A DNA stretch of 64,000 nucleotides from Puccinia triticina (taxonomy: Eukaryota): the NCBI GenBank assembly GCA_026914245.1, contig CP110440.1:2294001-2358000 (forward strand), given 5' to 3'. This document shows, piece by piece, positions 12,116 through 22,961 of this stretch (within the stretch, counting starts at the first letter, position 1; each line of letters begins with the position of its first letter). Under the pieces are notes generated by a model. That model ran no database searches, was not told the DNA's origin, and worked only from the letters and a program-made list of their open reading frames with translations. The translations under genes were made by a program, and so were the position numbers.

Positions 12116-12442
12116 GTAAGCCCCTAATTTCTTTTTTTTTTTACTGAAATTAACTCTTTTATTTTACTAATTTATGCTTCCTATCGGCGACACCAGTCCC
12201 CCACTTCTTTTTCTCTTTCTTTTTTTTTTTTTTTTTTTGTGTGTTTTTATTGGTTTAGCACTTATTTTTCAACCCCTGTTTTGACAGAAATCATCTTCTA
12301 TTCTTTTCTTGAGTTATTCTTTTATATTTTTTTTTTTTTTTGTTTTAAATCTTGAAAGCCCTTATAGATCTAACGTCTGAAATGTGAATAGCCATAGAAA
12401 ATTTAATCTTTCCCAAAAAAAAGCAACGACGCCAGAATAAAA

Positions 12443-13432
12443 TCAGAGTTTTCTTGAATGGAACAGCTTCACATGAGGCGCCGCATACCTGCGCTTGAGT
12501 TCTTGACCGTCAAGTTCTTCTAAAGTATATGAGCCACTTTTTTCTTGTGATTTTATGCGGTACGGCCCATTCCAGCGGTTTTCAAAGAGCTTTCCCCACT
12601 GACTTTCTAGAGATTTATTGTACACAAGAACTAGGGATCCCGGCGCAAGCGGTCCTCTGTCTGGTTTCTTCTGATTCCAATATTCGGCAGAATTTTCCCT
12701 GGAGTCCTTCATGTTCTTGTAAGCCTCTTGCAAAATTGATTCTCTCCTCTCCAGTTGGCGAACTCTGGCAAATAGGAGGTCTGCGGTTGATTTTACTGAC
12801 TCCCAATCAGTCCCTAAGAAAGTTTCCAGTTCGAGGTCAATTGGTAAAACCGCCGGTTGGCCAAACATGAGTTCATAAGGCGTATAACCAGTGGTTCTCT
12901 TTGTAGAAACTCTATCCGCAAAAAGGACAAGAGATAAGTAGCTGCGCCATTTCTTCCCGTCCGTCCCAGCCAGTTTAACCAAGGTATCTTTGATGGGCTG
13001 ATGACCTCTTTCTACCATCCCGTTTGCTTCCGGATAATATGGCGTAGTGACTTTTACCATGGATCCTTTCTGCTTTAAGCAATCCTGAAGTTCCTTCCCA
13101 AATTCCGCCCCGCCGTCGACTACAACTGTGTGAGGTGCGCCATATCTGAAAATCCATTCGTCCGTAAACCACTGCGCAATCTTCTTAGCTTTAAGAGTTT
13201 CCAATCCCACAGCTTTGACCCATCCGGAGAGATCATCTCTTGCAATCACTAGGTATTTCCACTTTCCCGCTTTAATATGTACTGTATCCATACTGACGCG
13301 CCCAAAAATGGTAGATTTCCCTGTTGCGTGCTTATGTTCCAAAGGTTTCAAGGGGCTTCTCTTCTGACAGGCGTCGCAGGACTGGACCCAACTCTTGACT
13401 TTTCTTTTCATGTGCGGCCACCAAAACCTAAG
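12443..13432 (-). CDS. integrase (DDE core, GPY motif), separated from RT-RH by one in-frame TAG
   Basis: CDACQK, MDTVHI, VVVDGG.EF, PEANGMVER, WNGPY; same frame as 13433-15508; no chromodomain. Confidence 0.9.
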   Translation of the reverse strand, partial: LRFWWPHMKRKVKSWVQSCDACQKRSPLKPLEHKHATGKSTIFGRVSMDTVHIKAGKWKYLVIARDDLSGWVKAVGLETLKAKKIAQWFTDEWIFRYGAPHTVVVDGGAEFGKELQDCLKQKGSMVKVTTPYYPEANGMVERGHQPIKDTLVKLAGTDGKKWRSYLSLVLFADRVSTKRTTGYTPYELMFGQPAVLPIDLELETFLGTDWESVKSTADLLFARVRQLERRESILQEAYKNMKDSRENSAEYWNQKKPDRGPLAPGSLVLVYNKSLESQWGKLFENRWNGPYRIKSQEKSGSYTLEELDGQELKRRYAAPHVKLFHSRKL

Positions 13433-15543
13433 CTAATTAGTCCGTTTGTAAGTTTCTTCCACTCCTCTATGGCCAAGTTGTTCGTGAAGCGCCTCCAGAA
13501 TGTGTTCTTGGTATTTTGGATTGCTGATAACTAGTTGCGGGAAAGGTTTATTTCTCTTTTTAAGTTTGCCGTCAGAGACCATGAAGCCGGCAGATTTAAG
13601 CTTTATGACTTTCCAATCCGCGTCAGAGGTATCTGTTGGCCTATTTAGAGTGAGCAAATATTCTTGAAGCTTGCCCCAAATTCCTTCTTGCTGAAATTGA
13701 CTGCACTCCACCCCCAAATTTAAAGTGTTAACCTCTTTGACGCCAAAACCGGGGTGAGGCTTAATCCATTTCTCATCTTCGTCAAAACTGGGCTGCTCTC
13801 CTTCATCATCGTCTGGCGGTCTTCTAGATAATCCGTCGGGCATAGTGAAAGTTTTCCCAGGGACGTGAACCAAATTATAAGAGAATAATTGAATAAAAGC
13901 CACCCAACGAGTCATGGGAGCATTTGGAAGATCAGGTGAGTTAATCATTTCTATAAGGCTTTTAGCGTCCACTAAGAGGTCGAATTGCTGGCCCCAAAGC
14001 TGAGTTTGTAATTTTTTTAGGATTTTTGCGACGCCACAGAGCTCCAGTTTTGATTGAGAATATCTGGATTCCACCGGCGAAAAAACCACGGATTCGTATA
14101 AGACTGGCCTGTCTTTCTGGTTATCTTCTTGAGTGAGTACTGCTCCTGCCGCGATGTAGCTAGAATCCACCGCTAATTTTATTTTTCCCGCTCCTTCAGA
14201 GTAGTCCAATTTCTTTAGAGTTATATCATGACCTACTATCTGTTTCAAAAGATCAAACGCATCCTGGCACTCCTTTTTCCAGTTCCATTCCGCGTCTTTT
14301 CTGGTTAATTTTCTAAGCGGTGCGGCAAGCTCTGAAAGTCCCTTAATAAACATCCTGACATAGACGCAGACTCCTAGAAAACCTCGAACTTCCGTTGCAT
14401 TTTTCGGTACCGGCCATGTTTCAATTTTATTTAGCTGTTTTTTCGAAATTCTTCTGCCCTCCTTGCACACAACATGACCTACGAGATCCAACGCGGGGAC
14501 GCAGCATGCAAATTTCTTTCCCGAAATTGTGAGTCCAGCTTCCTCTATTCTAAACAAGATCCGCTCCAGAGTGACGGCGTACTCCCAGATAAATTTCCTG
14601 ATGCCAGGGTTTTCTGCCAAAGTTTTTTGATTGTAATCTGAAACAGGACCTTTTATACCACCATCATCAATGAATATACCAACATTTTGAGGAATTTCGT
14701 CTTGTAGAATCCACATCATTTGCGCCTGGTATACGGCGACAGAATTGGTTGCTCCTTGTGGTAATCTGGTAAGTTGGAATCGTCCCAGAGGAGTTTCAAA
14801 GGTGGTTAATGGCCTAGATTCTAATGATAACTCTCTTTCATCGTAGCCTCCCATTATATCTCCCAGACCGTAGCAAGCTCTCCCGGTAAAAGATTCAATT
14901 AATTCTTCCGGTGAAGGCGGTATTCCAGAGTCCTTAATGGTTACTTTATTAAGTTTTTGTAAGTCGTGGACAATCCTGAGCCTTCCATCTTGTTTTTTGA
15001 CGCAAAAGACCGGACTAGAATAAGAGGAATAAGGCTGTTCGTAAAGACCTGTTTGAATGCGCTCCCGTACTAACTCTATGAATTGATCTTTGATTGCGGC
15101 AGGAATTGGAATAGGTCGCTGCTGCCAAGGTTCGTGGGCGATGACGGGAATGATGTAAGGTTTTCCGTAAGTGTGTTTGAGAAGTCCTCTCTCTTCCTCC
15201 CGAAAAGCAAGTCCTCCCTGCCGCATTACAATGATATGTTTGAATAATTTAAGTTCTTCAGGTTTGAGCCACCCGGGTGGACCGAAATTAATGACTTTAA
15301 GGCGGTCTTCTGTGATTTTCCAAGTAGGGGTAAAATTAGGCGGGTGAGGAGTTAAAGGTGTTACATAAGGATCTCTAGATAGAGGAGGACTACATAAGGG
15401 TGAGTTTATGTTCTGCGGCATGAACTGATTTACTGGCTTGATTTTTTTTGACGTTGATTTATATTTTGCCGCAAACACTAACTTTTCTTCTACACTATAT
15501 TTGGGCACCTTCCAATCACCTACTTCTGGAAGGTGCCAGAAGC
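13433..15543 (-). CDS. pol: reverse transcriptase + RNase H (-1 frame relative to gag-PR)
   Basis: LPQG and FIDD RT motifs; VDSSYIAAGAVL and ELCGV RNase H motifs; H..GH half of the integrase zinc finger. Confidence 0.93.
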
Positions 15544-15550
15544 TAAAAAA
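15504..15550 (-). promoter_or_regulatory. -1 programmed ribosomal frameshift signal
   Basis: T TTT TTA (15550-15544), 6-nt spacer, perfect 11-bp stem GGCACCTTCCA/TGGAAGGTGCC; the -1 frame opens into pol. Confidence 0.8.
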
Positions 15551-18153
15551 TGACTCGAGGTTGCGGCTGAATTGACAGGAAAAGTGGTCTCGTATTTTTG
15601 GTTTGATGGGTTTAAAATTGGAACCAGGTAAGTCTGACCATTTTTATTTATTGAGAGGGATTCCACACCGCTGTCCTTGAATTGAATAGTAGCTGAGACG
15701 TCTATCAACCATGGTTTTCCTAGTATAGGCTGTACCGTCGCAGAAGAGACCCAGAAATGCACTTCTTTTGTAATATTTCCTACTTTAACCGGTACATTTT
15801 CCGCAATTCCCAGAATGTCACTCTTGTGTCCGCCGATACCGCGCAGTTTCATAGGTTTTTGAGTAATTATAAGCCCCATTTTCCCCGCTAGATCCCTGGG
15901 TAAAAGATTAACTTGAGAACCGTTGTCTAAGAGCGCCTGAATTTGCTTTCCATTAATGGTGACGGCAACATATCCTAAGGGGCAAGCGTAATGCGCCGGA
16001 CCACTATCTTGCGCTTCCTCCTCTTCGTCTTCAGAGTTGACGTCGACAGCATTGGTTGTCTTAGGTTGATCTATAGGAACTCTTTTAGGACTAATCTTCT
16101 TTTTGAATGCATCCACGGCGCCGTTAGATATGGCAAAAACTTCTCCAATGGTGAGTTGAATTTTCTCATTTAACATTTGTGAGACCAACTTCTCTTCCGT
16201 GTCAGGGAACTGCGTAGCTAATGGTCTTTCCACATAGGTTTTGTGGGCAGGTTTCTCCTTTGTTGGCGCGCTGGTAGAGTCCTGAGGCGTGAGGATTTTA
16301 ACCTTCTTTGGTGCGGGGTTTTCTTTTCTTGAAGATGCAGGAAGAGGAACTGGGTCATAATCATCCTGTCGAGCAATCTCCAAGATCCTCTCGTCGTCGA
16401 CGTCCATGAGCTCTTCCTTTGTGTTTCTGACTTTTTTTGCTTTCGAATTGTCTGACCCTTCAGGATATTCTGCACCACTTCTGGTTCTCTTTCCAATGTC
16501 GCAGTCAAAAGTGTCTTCCTCCGCATATTCAACCTCCTCAAGCTTTCCAAAAGAGGTCTGGACTTCTGGTGCGCTATCTTCCTTTTTTCCCGTATGCGTT
16601 CCTGGCGGTAGATTGATAACTCCCGCTGTTTGTCCTCTGCTTTGGTGATAAGTGTCAACTACGGTTTTAAAAGGCCTGGTTCTATCATAAGGTATTTGAG
16701 TTCCGTCTGGTAAAATAACATTGGTTCCTTCCTTCTTTACTAATCCGTTGATTTTGTCCAAGTTAACTTGATTGCACCTGTGGATGGTATGTCCAATCAT
16801 GTGACAGTAATTACATTTATAGCTAGATGGGGACCGGTCTAGTTGGGCGGGTTTATAAGGAACGTGACTTGACGACACAAATGGAGACGGCTGCTTTTGT
16901 ACATTCCAGCTAGAGAGGCTTTTAGTAAGTTGATCCATAGCATTATCTTTTGGTTGAGCTTTCTGCGCCGGTGGCTGAATTGTTTGAATTTCTTTCTGAA
17001 TGTTTTCTTCGTTTAAAATAGCCATAGTCCTAAGTTCTCTATTAATATAGTCCAAGATAGTGTTATACGGCGGAAGAATGTGAGATCCATCCAAGGCCAT
17101 TTCCATGTGGTTATCTCTTATGAGTTCGCGGTTTACGGCGATCCGGATAGGAAAAGATAAGCAATTTAGAACCAAGTGCCTGATTTCTTCCGCGCTAACC
17201 ATGTGTCGACAGCGTACTAAGTAGGCTACTAAGTTTTCTAGCTGGATACTGAAATCCTGGAACTCCTTCTGGGTTTTGATTCCCTTCGCCATCGTGGTTG
17301 AAATAAGTTTGTCCAAATCATTCCTTGTGTACTGCAGAAGCGGAAGCATTTTTCCCCAACGTTGAACTAATTTAAGCTTGAGTTTTTCCCAGTCGTGTCT
17401 TTCCCGCTCCGCCATTTCCTGTACTTCTTTGATTAAAGATTCCCCTTCCAAGAAGAATATAATTTGTAGAGCAATATCAGATCCTTGGGCGCCATCCAAT
17501 CTAGCCGCGTATTCCAGGCGCTTAATAAAATCTCCAATGTCCATGTTTGTACCATCAAAGATAAGTCCTTTGGCGCCAGCTTTGATTTTAACTGGTTTCC
17601 TTCCAAATTGTTCTGGGTTATAGGCGGGGAGCTGAATGCTAGTTTGTAAGAAATGTGGCGTAACTTGAGCTGCTGCGCCTGATTGGCGAGTCTGGTTTAC
17701 GTATTGCGGCGCAGGGCGGTATTGACTGTTTAAAAAGTTATTTCCTAGGAGTGGATCCAACGCTGCGCTTCCTGTGGTCGAAGGGCTAGTATTTCTCATT
17801 GGTCCAGGATTAAATGGCACTGAGGGCGCTTGATTTGATGAAAATGTAAGCCCGCTATTCACTATTGGCATAGCTCCGACGTTCCTCGGCGTAACTGACG
17901 ATCCAACGTTCCCCGGCGGAACCGACGATCCAACGTCCATCGGCGCAGGCGCTAATCCAACATTTGCTTGTCTAGTATTTCCTCCAAACTGCGGAATTTC
18001 CATATTAGATAAATGGAACCTAGGGTACGGTCCGGAGAAAGAGCTTCGTCTGCCGGCGTTAGGCATTTCTTGCGGTATTTCTACGGTTAAGTTTCTAGAG
18101 TCTACTAAGTTGATGATATAGTTATTTAAGGTAGAAAGACTTGGGTGCGTCAA
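15520..18153 (-). CDS. gag-protease
   Basis: 877-codon ORF; CCHC knuckle CNYCHMIGHTIHRC; aspartic protease LLDNGSQVNL...ILG.PWL; the true start may be the internal ATG (MPNAGRR). Confidence 0.93.
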   Translation of the reverse strand: MTHPSLSTLNNYIINLVDSRNLTVEIPQEMPNAGRRSSFSGPYPRFHLSNMEIPQFGGNTRQANVGLAPAPMDVGSSVPPGNVGSSVTPRNVGAMPIVNSGLTFSSNQAPSVPFNPGPMRNTSPSTTGSAALDPLLGNNFLNSQYRPAPQYVNQTRQSGAAAQVTPHFLQTSIQLPAYNPEQFGRKPVKIKAGAKGLIFDGTNMDIGDFIKRLEYAARLDGAQGSDIALQIIFFLEGESLIKEVQEMAERERHDWEKLKLKLVQRWGKMLPLLQYTRNDLDKLISTTMAKGIKTQKEFQDFSIQLENLVAYLVRCRHMVSAEEIRHLVLNCLSFPIRIAVNRELIRDNHMEMALDGSHILPPYNTILDYINRELRTMAILNEENIQKEIQTIQPPAQKAQPKDNAMDQLTKSLSSWNVQKQPSPFVSSSHVPYKPAQLDRSPSSYKCNYCHMIGHTIHRCNQVNLDKINGLVKKEGTNVILPDGTQIPYDRTRPFKTVVDTYHQSRGQTAGVINLPPGTHTGKKEDSAPEVQTSFGKLEEVEYAEEDTFDCDIGKRTRSGAEYPEGSDNSKAKKVRNTKEELMDVDDERILEIARQDDYDPVPLPASSRKENPAPKKVKILTPQDSTSAPTKEKPAHKTYVERPLATQFPDTEEKLVSQMLNEKIQLTIGEVFAISNGAVDAFKKKISPKRVPIDQPKTTNAVDVNSEDEEEEAQDSGPAHYACPLGYVAVTINGKQIQALLDNGSQVNLLPRDLAGKMGLIITQKPMKLRGIGGHKSDILGIAENVPVKVGNITKEVHFWVSSATVQPILGKPWLIDVSATIQFKDSGVESLSINKNGQTYLVPILNPSNQKYETTFPVNSAATSSHFLASGTFQK

Positions 18154-18343
18154 GTTTAAAGGTATTTCAGAAGAATTCTAGGTCGGAATTTTGTTTGAAA
18201 AGATTTTAAACTAAGAGTAAGAGTAATTTTTCTACTAAGATCAATAGAATTTTTAGAGTAATTTTTAACTAATGTATTTATTTAGCCTAGAAATGACGAG
18301 ACTATAAATCTAAAGATCTTCAGGCCACTGTTGGGACACCACT

Positions 18344-19126
18344 TGTGGAACTACTCTTTGGGGGAATAGAGTTTAGAGAGGGATGAGTGCGTGAAAAGCT
18401 GCCTCTCAGGTTGGGAGAGTAATATGGGACAAGAATAAGAGTATGGACTCTTAAAGAAAAGTGTGGCTGATGAAGTATTGAGAATAGTGCTTTCTAGACG
18501 AAATCAAGGGGGAAAATATACTGTAAAATATGTGGTAAAATAGGCTATGTAATTCTTATTCTGTGACCAGGGATGCAAAGTGACAATCTGATGGGGGACA
18601 AACAGAATGGGCCAAAAGGCTCTACATTTATAGTGAGGGGACAAAAAGTGGTTCTGAGAAGAAATAGAAAGATGGGGACAGGGTACAAAAAGCCTCCCAC
18701 AAGGTGACAAGGCAACAAACCAACAAGGCATCTACTACATGGCTTGGGATGACATAAGAGGGAACAATAACCATGGCGCATCAGCCGCCATGCATCTGAG
18801 AAAGAGTTACGCCTTGCTGGAATATAGAGGAGTTAATTCTTGTGAACACTCAGGGTCCTTCCTAATAGTCTGCCTCTGTTTGATGGTGGACTTTCTCCCA
18901 CTTTGAACCGGATTTTGTACATATTTTATTACCCATTGTGGAGGGCCATCCATGAAAGTGAATACTGAGAAGTTTAGGCGCCTTGTAGAGATGATTCTAG
19001 GCTATTATGAAGTGTCTGTGGGCGTGGATTACATGTACCAGTGTGATTTCTAGAGGGCATTGGGCGGTGATTCCTTCCTGGTGAGTGTCTGAGTGATGTA
19101 ATAAAGTTTTGATTAGGCTCACCACA
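18344..19126 (-). repeat. 5' LTR
   Basis: Direct repeat of 9425-10207; followed on the minus strand by the PBS. Confidence 0.97.
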
Positions 19127-19529
19127 CCGTGTGCTTTTGTAATGTGGCCCTCCCCCCATTGTCTGCATTGTACAAAGCGACTAGAACAGATGACAATTTT
19201 TCCATCATTTCCTTTTGCATTCCTTTAAGTCATGTTATGTCCGTGTTGCCTTCCACTTTTGTGGTGCGGAAGCTGTCAAAGACTGCCACCCACATTGCCT
19301 GGCCTACATTTTTCCAAGACTTCCTCAGAAAATGTCTTCAACCGGGAAACAATCACATCTCACTGCCTTAATTTCCTCGTGAAATCAAGTCCCTCCCCTC
19401 CAAAAATGGGAAACTCAGGTTGCCCTTGAAAAATAGTAATTTGCGTGTGTTCCTGGTATTGGATCTTCCTCCAAGCCCTTCTGAGAAATCTTGCCTCACT
19501 CATCACGGGTATAAAAAACTTTGCCTTGC

Positions 19530-19712
19530 TTCTTTCCTTTTCCCCTCTCACTACCAGCACCCCAATACGCCTTTGTCCTTTTGTGGACCATCAACCAATT
19601 TCACGCTTCATGACAGTGCTCTCCCCTTCTTTCCTTCCCCCTCTCACTACCAGCGCCCCAATACTGGCTTTGTCCTTTTGCGGACCAACAACCAATTTCG
19701 TGCTTCATGACA
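19530..19712. repeat. tandem duplication of about 95 bp within the Helitron
   Basis: CCCCTCTCACTACCAGC..CCAATAC..CTTTGTCCTTTTG.GGACCA.CAACCAATTTC..GCTTCATGACA occurs twice. Confidence 0.75.
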
Positions 19713-20621
19713 ATCCTCTCCCCAGAAAAACTCCCCCTCCCCCCTCCAACATAAATAAAACGTCCAATACCCAATGATTTTCCCACCTTTCCAACAATGC
19801 AACATCTTGATTCATCTCCACCTGATGGCTTTCCCAACCCTCAGCGCTTCAATCCCTCTATCCAACCTACGCCACATCTCTTCAAACAATGACTTCATCA
19901 CTTATATCTACTCCCCAACAGGAGGTGCATCTCCAATGCCTTCTGCACACTTATGTGATAATCTCTACAAAATCCTCCTCCCCGTTCCAATGAGAGCCCT
20001 ATTTTTGGGAATTTGAATAACGTAGTTGTCCTATTGAAGTCTCAAGTTTTTGCGCATGGTCACCTATATGTAGCTTTGTTGAGGGTGAAATGTCCAGGAA
20101 ATTTGGCGGTTTTCCAAATTGGATTGTCTATGGAACTATTCAATGTGGTTGACAGATTTGTGCTTCTTTAGATTTCTTGTGGTTTGATTATTAAGTTTTG
20201 GTCCATTTGTTGAACAGTTTTTTTTTTTCATTTTGTTGTAGAAGGGTCCACAAATTCTTTTCTGTTTTTACATACCCTTTTTTGTATCACAGGGCGGCGT
20301 AGCCGCCCTTAAACCCTAGTTGAACAAAAAAGGGACAAGTGAAGAAGAACAAAGCTGGCCAGAACTTGTTTCACCAATCCGCATGTGCTCATCGAGCTAC
20401 AGAGCTAGCTCGCCAAGGCTCTACACCATCATCATCAGATAAAAAAAGGGTTTGATGAAAAGAAACTTATGATCAGGATCTCTTGATTAGTTTTATAAGG
20501 TGGTCTGTCGAGACAGAAATAAAGAAACAAAGGAATATCGGACACTTGGAAAAAAAGGGATCACAACATATGCGTATGGAGTTGAAACAAGAAAAAAAAG
20601 GTAGAAAAGACGAGAGAATCT

Positions 20622-21823
20622 TCAGGAGTCCCAGGTAGAGCTGACTCTAGACCTGCGACTACACGGGGTGAAGTTGATAGCGCGAGAACCATCAGTGAAA
20701 GAGGGGGTCAAGGAGGTGCCAGAGTCGGCCGCACCCCGGGGTGGCGAAGGTGCCGTCCTGTTTGTTTCTTGAGAGACTGGTTTTCATGGAGGGGTCGATG
20801 GAGATGGCGAGGGTGTTTGGATTGAAGGGTTGGCTCCGCTGGGTGCGGAGGCCGCGGACCGAGGTGGGGCTGTCTCCTCCGGGCTTGGTGGGGACATGTT
20901 TCGGCGGGGTTACGGTCGAGGCCGAGCGGCCCAACATGACGGCCTTCCGATTCGCATTCTGCTCCGACGAGGACTCCGCCGGCTTGCTGCTACCCCCGCG
21001 AACACTCGATTGTTGGGGCAAGTATTTCTGCAGCTTACTGTGCGAGCCCGGCGAGTATGGGTCAGGGATCACCTACAGGTTCGCCGATAGGATCCACTTC
21101 GGAAGCCAGACCAGCTCGCCACTCGATTCGCGTAGACAGTATACCCAGTGGAAGCGGGTCTTGTGGGTGAACACCCGGACCTTCTCGCCCTGCATCACGT
21201 TCGTGAGCTCCCCAGACCAGGTGGTGGGCTGCGATTGGAACGCGACTTGTGTGCCCGAAAGAGGTGACCCGATAACATTGCTTTCCCTCTCGAAGTAGTA
21301 TCTGCCCTTTGACTGACACCCAAAGTAAAAAAAGACAGCATCAGTTATCGCAGCCTCAAGGGACCCCTCACATTAACATTTGACTTACATGAGACCTAAG
21401 TTTGAATGACTCCCCAGCTTTGGTGGTCAACTCTCCTGGAGCCTCGGCTTGGTAGCCGCAAATTGGTGGACCATAAGCAAGGGGTTTGGATTCGGTTTCT
21501 GCCTTCTTGTTTTCCCCATCATTGCCGGACTTGGAATCATCGGGAGTGAGCGATAGACTTGCAGAGGGATGTCGTCGCAGCTCAGACAGTATTCCTTGAC
21601 GTCGTTGATCCTGAGTAGCAAGATTTGACCATGCATGATGTTCATCATCACAGAAGGCCGAAAGGTGATGATTGGAAAGCACTTCGATCACTGTCTGCTC
21701 AGGGTTTGATTTGACCCGCATGCTGGTCTCTGTGTTGAGTCGCTTGAGTCGGGAGGCGGATCTGGGGTCGGAGCTGTTGAGCGTCTTGAGATTCGAAGTG
21801 GAGGCCGATCGGTTGATGGACGA
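20622..21823 (-). pseudogene. truncated, internally deleted duplicate of the 3' half of the Ste50/Ubc2-like gene
   Basis: High similarity to 43999-45540 including an intron; deletions near 21246 and 21550; frameshifts; no SAM exons. Confidence 0.9.
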
Positions 21824-22590
21824 GAGGTCTAGCTTAACACAAGTGCCCCCTTGGTACAGCCTGGGCTGGCGCGAAACGCCCTCGCGCGAAGCGCGACCTC
21901 TGAAGGAGGGACTTGGGACTAATCCCCAAACTGGGCTGAGAGATTCCCATCTTCCAAATTTTTTGGTGGGGATTTTGTGCCTTTTCAATTTAGACCGTGT
22001 TCCCAAAGGGCCCCACGCATGCCCTTTGGACCAGGAGACTCGTCTCACCCTTCCCCATCTCTTCCCGCTACACACCCCCCTGGAAGTCAAACCATTTGCG
22101 CTCCATAACCCTTCAAACTTATGGATTTTCAGGGCTCCTTGAGCTGTATGCTGTGCAGATTGAACTGAGACAACAGTATGGTTTCTCCATTCAATTACAC
22201 AGGAACCAGGTTCTCCATGCTCTGGCTAAGATGCCTTGGCCACTGCAGCCCCTGCATCCAATCCTCATCATGAGGACAGGGACATGAAGCCAAGATGTTC
22301 AGCTATCTTGACCCTTCAGGGCTCCAGCAGAGGCTGCCTAATTTTTTCTGTGTGAAGGGAGAAAGGAAAAAATGGCATAAAAAGCCACAAAAGCCCCAAT
22401 CTCTCAGGCAACAAGTGTGACATAAGTCATAACTCCCTCCTTTGGAAGTTGCTTTGCTCCCCCGAGGAGGGACTTAGTTAAGTTAGGACTGAAGTCAGGT
22501 CTTGCAGTCAAAGGAGCTTCACTAACTTGACCCAAGTCCCTTGCTTTGGAGGGCCCGGCCCCTGGCAAGGGTGGGCCGCTACATGTGCAT

Positions 22591-22872
22591 TGGTGTGCAC
22601 TCCAAAAAAATGAAGTGCACACTCATGCACTCCAAAAAAATGGAGTGCACACTCATGCACTCCAAAAGGTTGGAGTGCACACTCATGCACTCCAAAAGGT
22701 TGGAGTGCACACTCATGCACTCCAAAAGGTTGGAGTGCACACTCATGCACTACAAAAAATTGGAGTGCACACTCATGCACTCCAAAAGATTGGAGAACAC
22801 CCCCATGCACTCCAAAAGATTGGAGTACACACAAATGTACTCCAAAAGACATGGTGTGCACACTCATGCACT
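22591..22872. repeat. 30-bp minisatellite, about 9 units
   Basis: Unit TGGAGTGCACACTCATGCACTCCAAAAGGT, self-complementary (TGGAGTGCA/TGCACTCCA). Confidence 0.9.
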
Positions 22873-22961
22873 ACCTGATGAGTAGTGGATTTCTCTTTAT
22901 TCCCACCAATGGTTGGCTTCTACTAGAAGCCCACCAAGTCTAACATAGAAATTCTATGCTA

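Larger units (their letters stand above)
9425..19126 (-). mobile_element. full-length Ty3/gypsy LTR retrotransposon, very recent
   Basis: 783-bp TG..CA LTRs at 9425-10207 and 18344-19126 (one mismatch seen, 9890/18809); 4-bp TSD CCGT; PBS-like TGGTGTCCCAACAGTGG (18341-18325); PPT 10208-10221; gag-PR-RT-RH-INT order. Confidence 0.97.
7420..20319 (+). mobile_element. Helitron-like composite element (non-autonomous), interrupted by a gypsy element
   Basis: 3' hairpin AGGGCGGC-GTA-GCCGCCCT (20291-20309), then CTAG (20316-19) and T. Inserted at A^T with no TSD: joined flanks GCAAGTA|TTGAACAA equal the empty site at 43662-43676. The 5' end is TTAACAG rather than TC and is repeated at 9244. Confidence 0.8.

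Noticed and set aside
22591..22872. CRISPR-like palindromic 30-bp repeats
   Set aside because: Units are contiguous without unique spacers, there are no cas genes and the context is eukaryotic; it is a minisatellite and its ORFs are repeat artefacts
22870..22890. CTGATGAG hammerhead core (also at about 28545)
   Set aside because: No downstream stem II-GAAA arrangement
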